IMG/VR virus record: IMGVR_UViG_3300007734_000644
Span: 1 to 36,968 of that record
Origin: a virus
Lineage: Duplodnaviria > Caudoviricetes
Strand: one strand, 5' to 3'
Length of the DNA stretch: 36,968 bases
The notes under the pieces were generated by a model. It did no database searches and was not told the origin of the DNA. It was given only the letters and a program-made list of their open reading frames with translations. Shown here one piece after another: positions 36,188-36,968 of the stretch. How positions within the stretch are numbered: the stretch's first letter is position 1; every line of letters begins with the position of its first letter. Both the position numbers and the translations under genes were made by a program.

Positions 36188-36968
36188 ATGTCTGACCTCA
36201 ATGAGATTGTCCCAGTCGAGAACGGTGATGCCCGCCGCGAGATGCTTGCCCAGCAATTTGACGAAATCGAAGCAAATCCCGAAACGGCAGTACCTGCGCG
36301 GGACGATGCTGGCAAGTACGCCAAAGCCGAAACGCCCGTTAAAACGACTCCAGAAGCAGAGGTGCAGGAAGATCCCGTCTGGAAGCGACCCCCGGCAAGC
36401 TGGAAAAAGGATTATCACGAGGTTTGGCAAACCGCCGATGATAGGCTGAAAGAGTACGCCTACCAGCGCGAAGAACAGATGAAGGCGGGGATTGAGCCGC
36501 TGCGGTCCAAGGCTCAGTTCGCGGATCAGATGCAAGAGGTAATCGCCCCGTATATGCCGACAATTACGGGCTTGGGGATTGATGCTCCGAAGGCTGTAAA
36601 AGCCTTGATGGAAGCAGACCACATCCTGAGAAACTCGCAACCTGCTGAAAAGCACCAATATTTTGCTAGACTTGCACAAAGTTACGGAGTAAATTTATCT
36701 GATGTCGGTGGTTTGCAACAACAGACTGCCGTAGATCCAAATTTTTACGCCTTGCAAAACGAGCTAAATTCGGTTCGCGGCGAGGTGATGGGCTGGAAAC
36801 AGCAGCAAGAACAGCTACAAAACCAAGCCCTTCTTGGAGAAATAAACAATTTCTCGCAGAAGGCAGAGCATTTTGAAGAAGCACGGCCTGTGATGATCCA
36901 GCTCCTACAGAGCGGCGTTGCGACCGATTTGCAAGATGCTTACGACAAAGCGGTGCGCCTAGATCCGG
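36188..36968 (+). CDS. Scaffolding protein allele, 3'-truncated by the window end
   Basis: Matches 2104..2878 with a 6-nt insertion. Confidence 0.85.
   Translation, partial: MSDLNEIVPVENGDARREMLAQQFDEIEANPETAVPARDDAGKYAKAETPVKTTPEAEVQEDPVWKRPPASWKKDYHEVWQTADDRLKEYAYQREEQMKAGIEPLRSKAQFADQMQEVIAPYMPTITGLGIDAPKAVKALMEADHILRNSQPAEKHQYFARLAQSYGVNLSDVGGLQQQTAVDPNFYALQNELNSVRGEVMGWKQQQEQLQNQALLGEINNFSQKAEHFEEARPVMIQLLQSGVATDLQDAYDKAVRLDP

Larger units (their letters stand above)
34079..36968 (+). repeat. Right copy of ~2.9-kb imperfect direct repeat
   Basis: Aligns to 1-2878 with offset 34078 rising to 34090. Confidence 0.97.

Noticed and set aside
34079-36968. True direct terminal repeat or DGR template/variable pair
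   Set aside because: Copies are diverged with mostly synonymous, non-adenine-specific changes, and no reverse transcriptase is present.

Overview
This window is essentially one complete ~34.1-kb tailed phage genome (podovirus-like gene set), read about 1.08 times. Positions 1-2878 recur at 34079-36968 as a diverged allele, not a perfect terminal repeat. The + strand late arm runs: ferritin-like protein, TerS, TerL, glycosyltransferase, FkbM methyltransferase, ART-like protein, portal, scaffold, major capsid, decoration proteins, adaptor/nozzle, ejection proteins, tail fibre, lysis. A leftward early arm encodes an AAA ATPase, a DUF669-like SSB, a Cas4-like nuclease, a C5 DNA methyltransferase and small ORFs. 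A rightward replication arm encodes Cro, HNH, primase-helicase, a repeat-rich putative origin and VRR-NUC. No integrase, CI repressor, DNA polymerase, tRNA or CRISPR array was seen. The best-supported surprise is a 239-nt ORF-less group I intron (4030-4268) that splits the major capsid gene 24 codons before its end. Other leads: two unrelated late proteins (ART-like and mini beta-barrel-like) share an N-terminal leader, a candidate capsid-loading signal; a candidate virion-glycosylation gene set; a leaderless late promoter with a structured uORF; and a GGACA repeat/palindrome cluster. All family calls are by-eye motif recognition, not database results.
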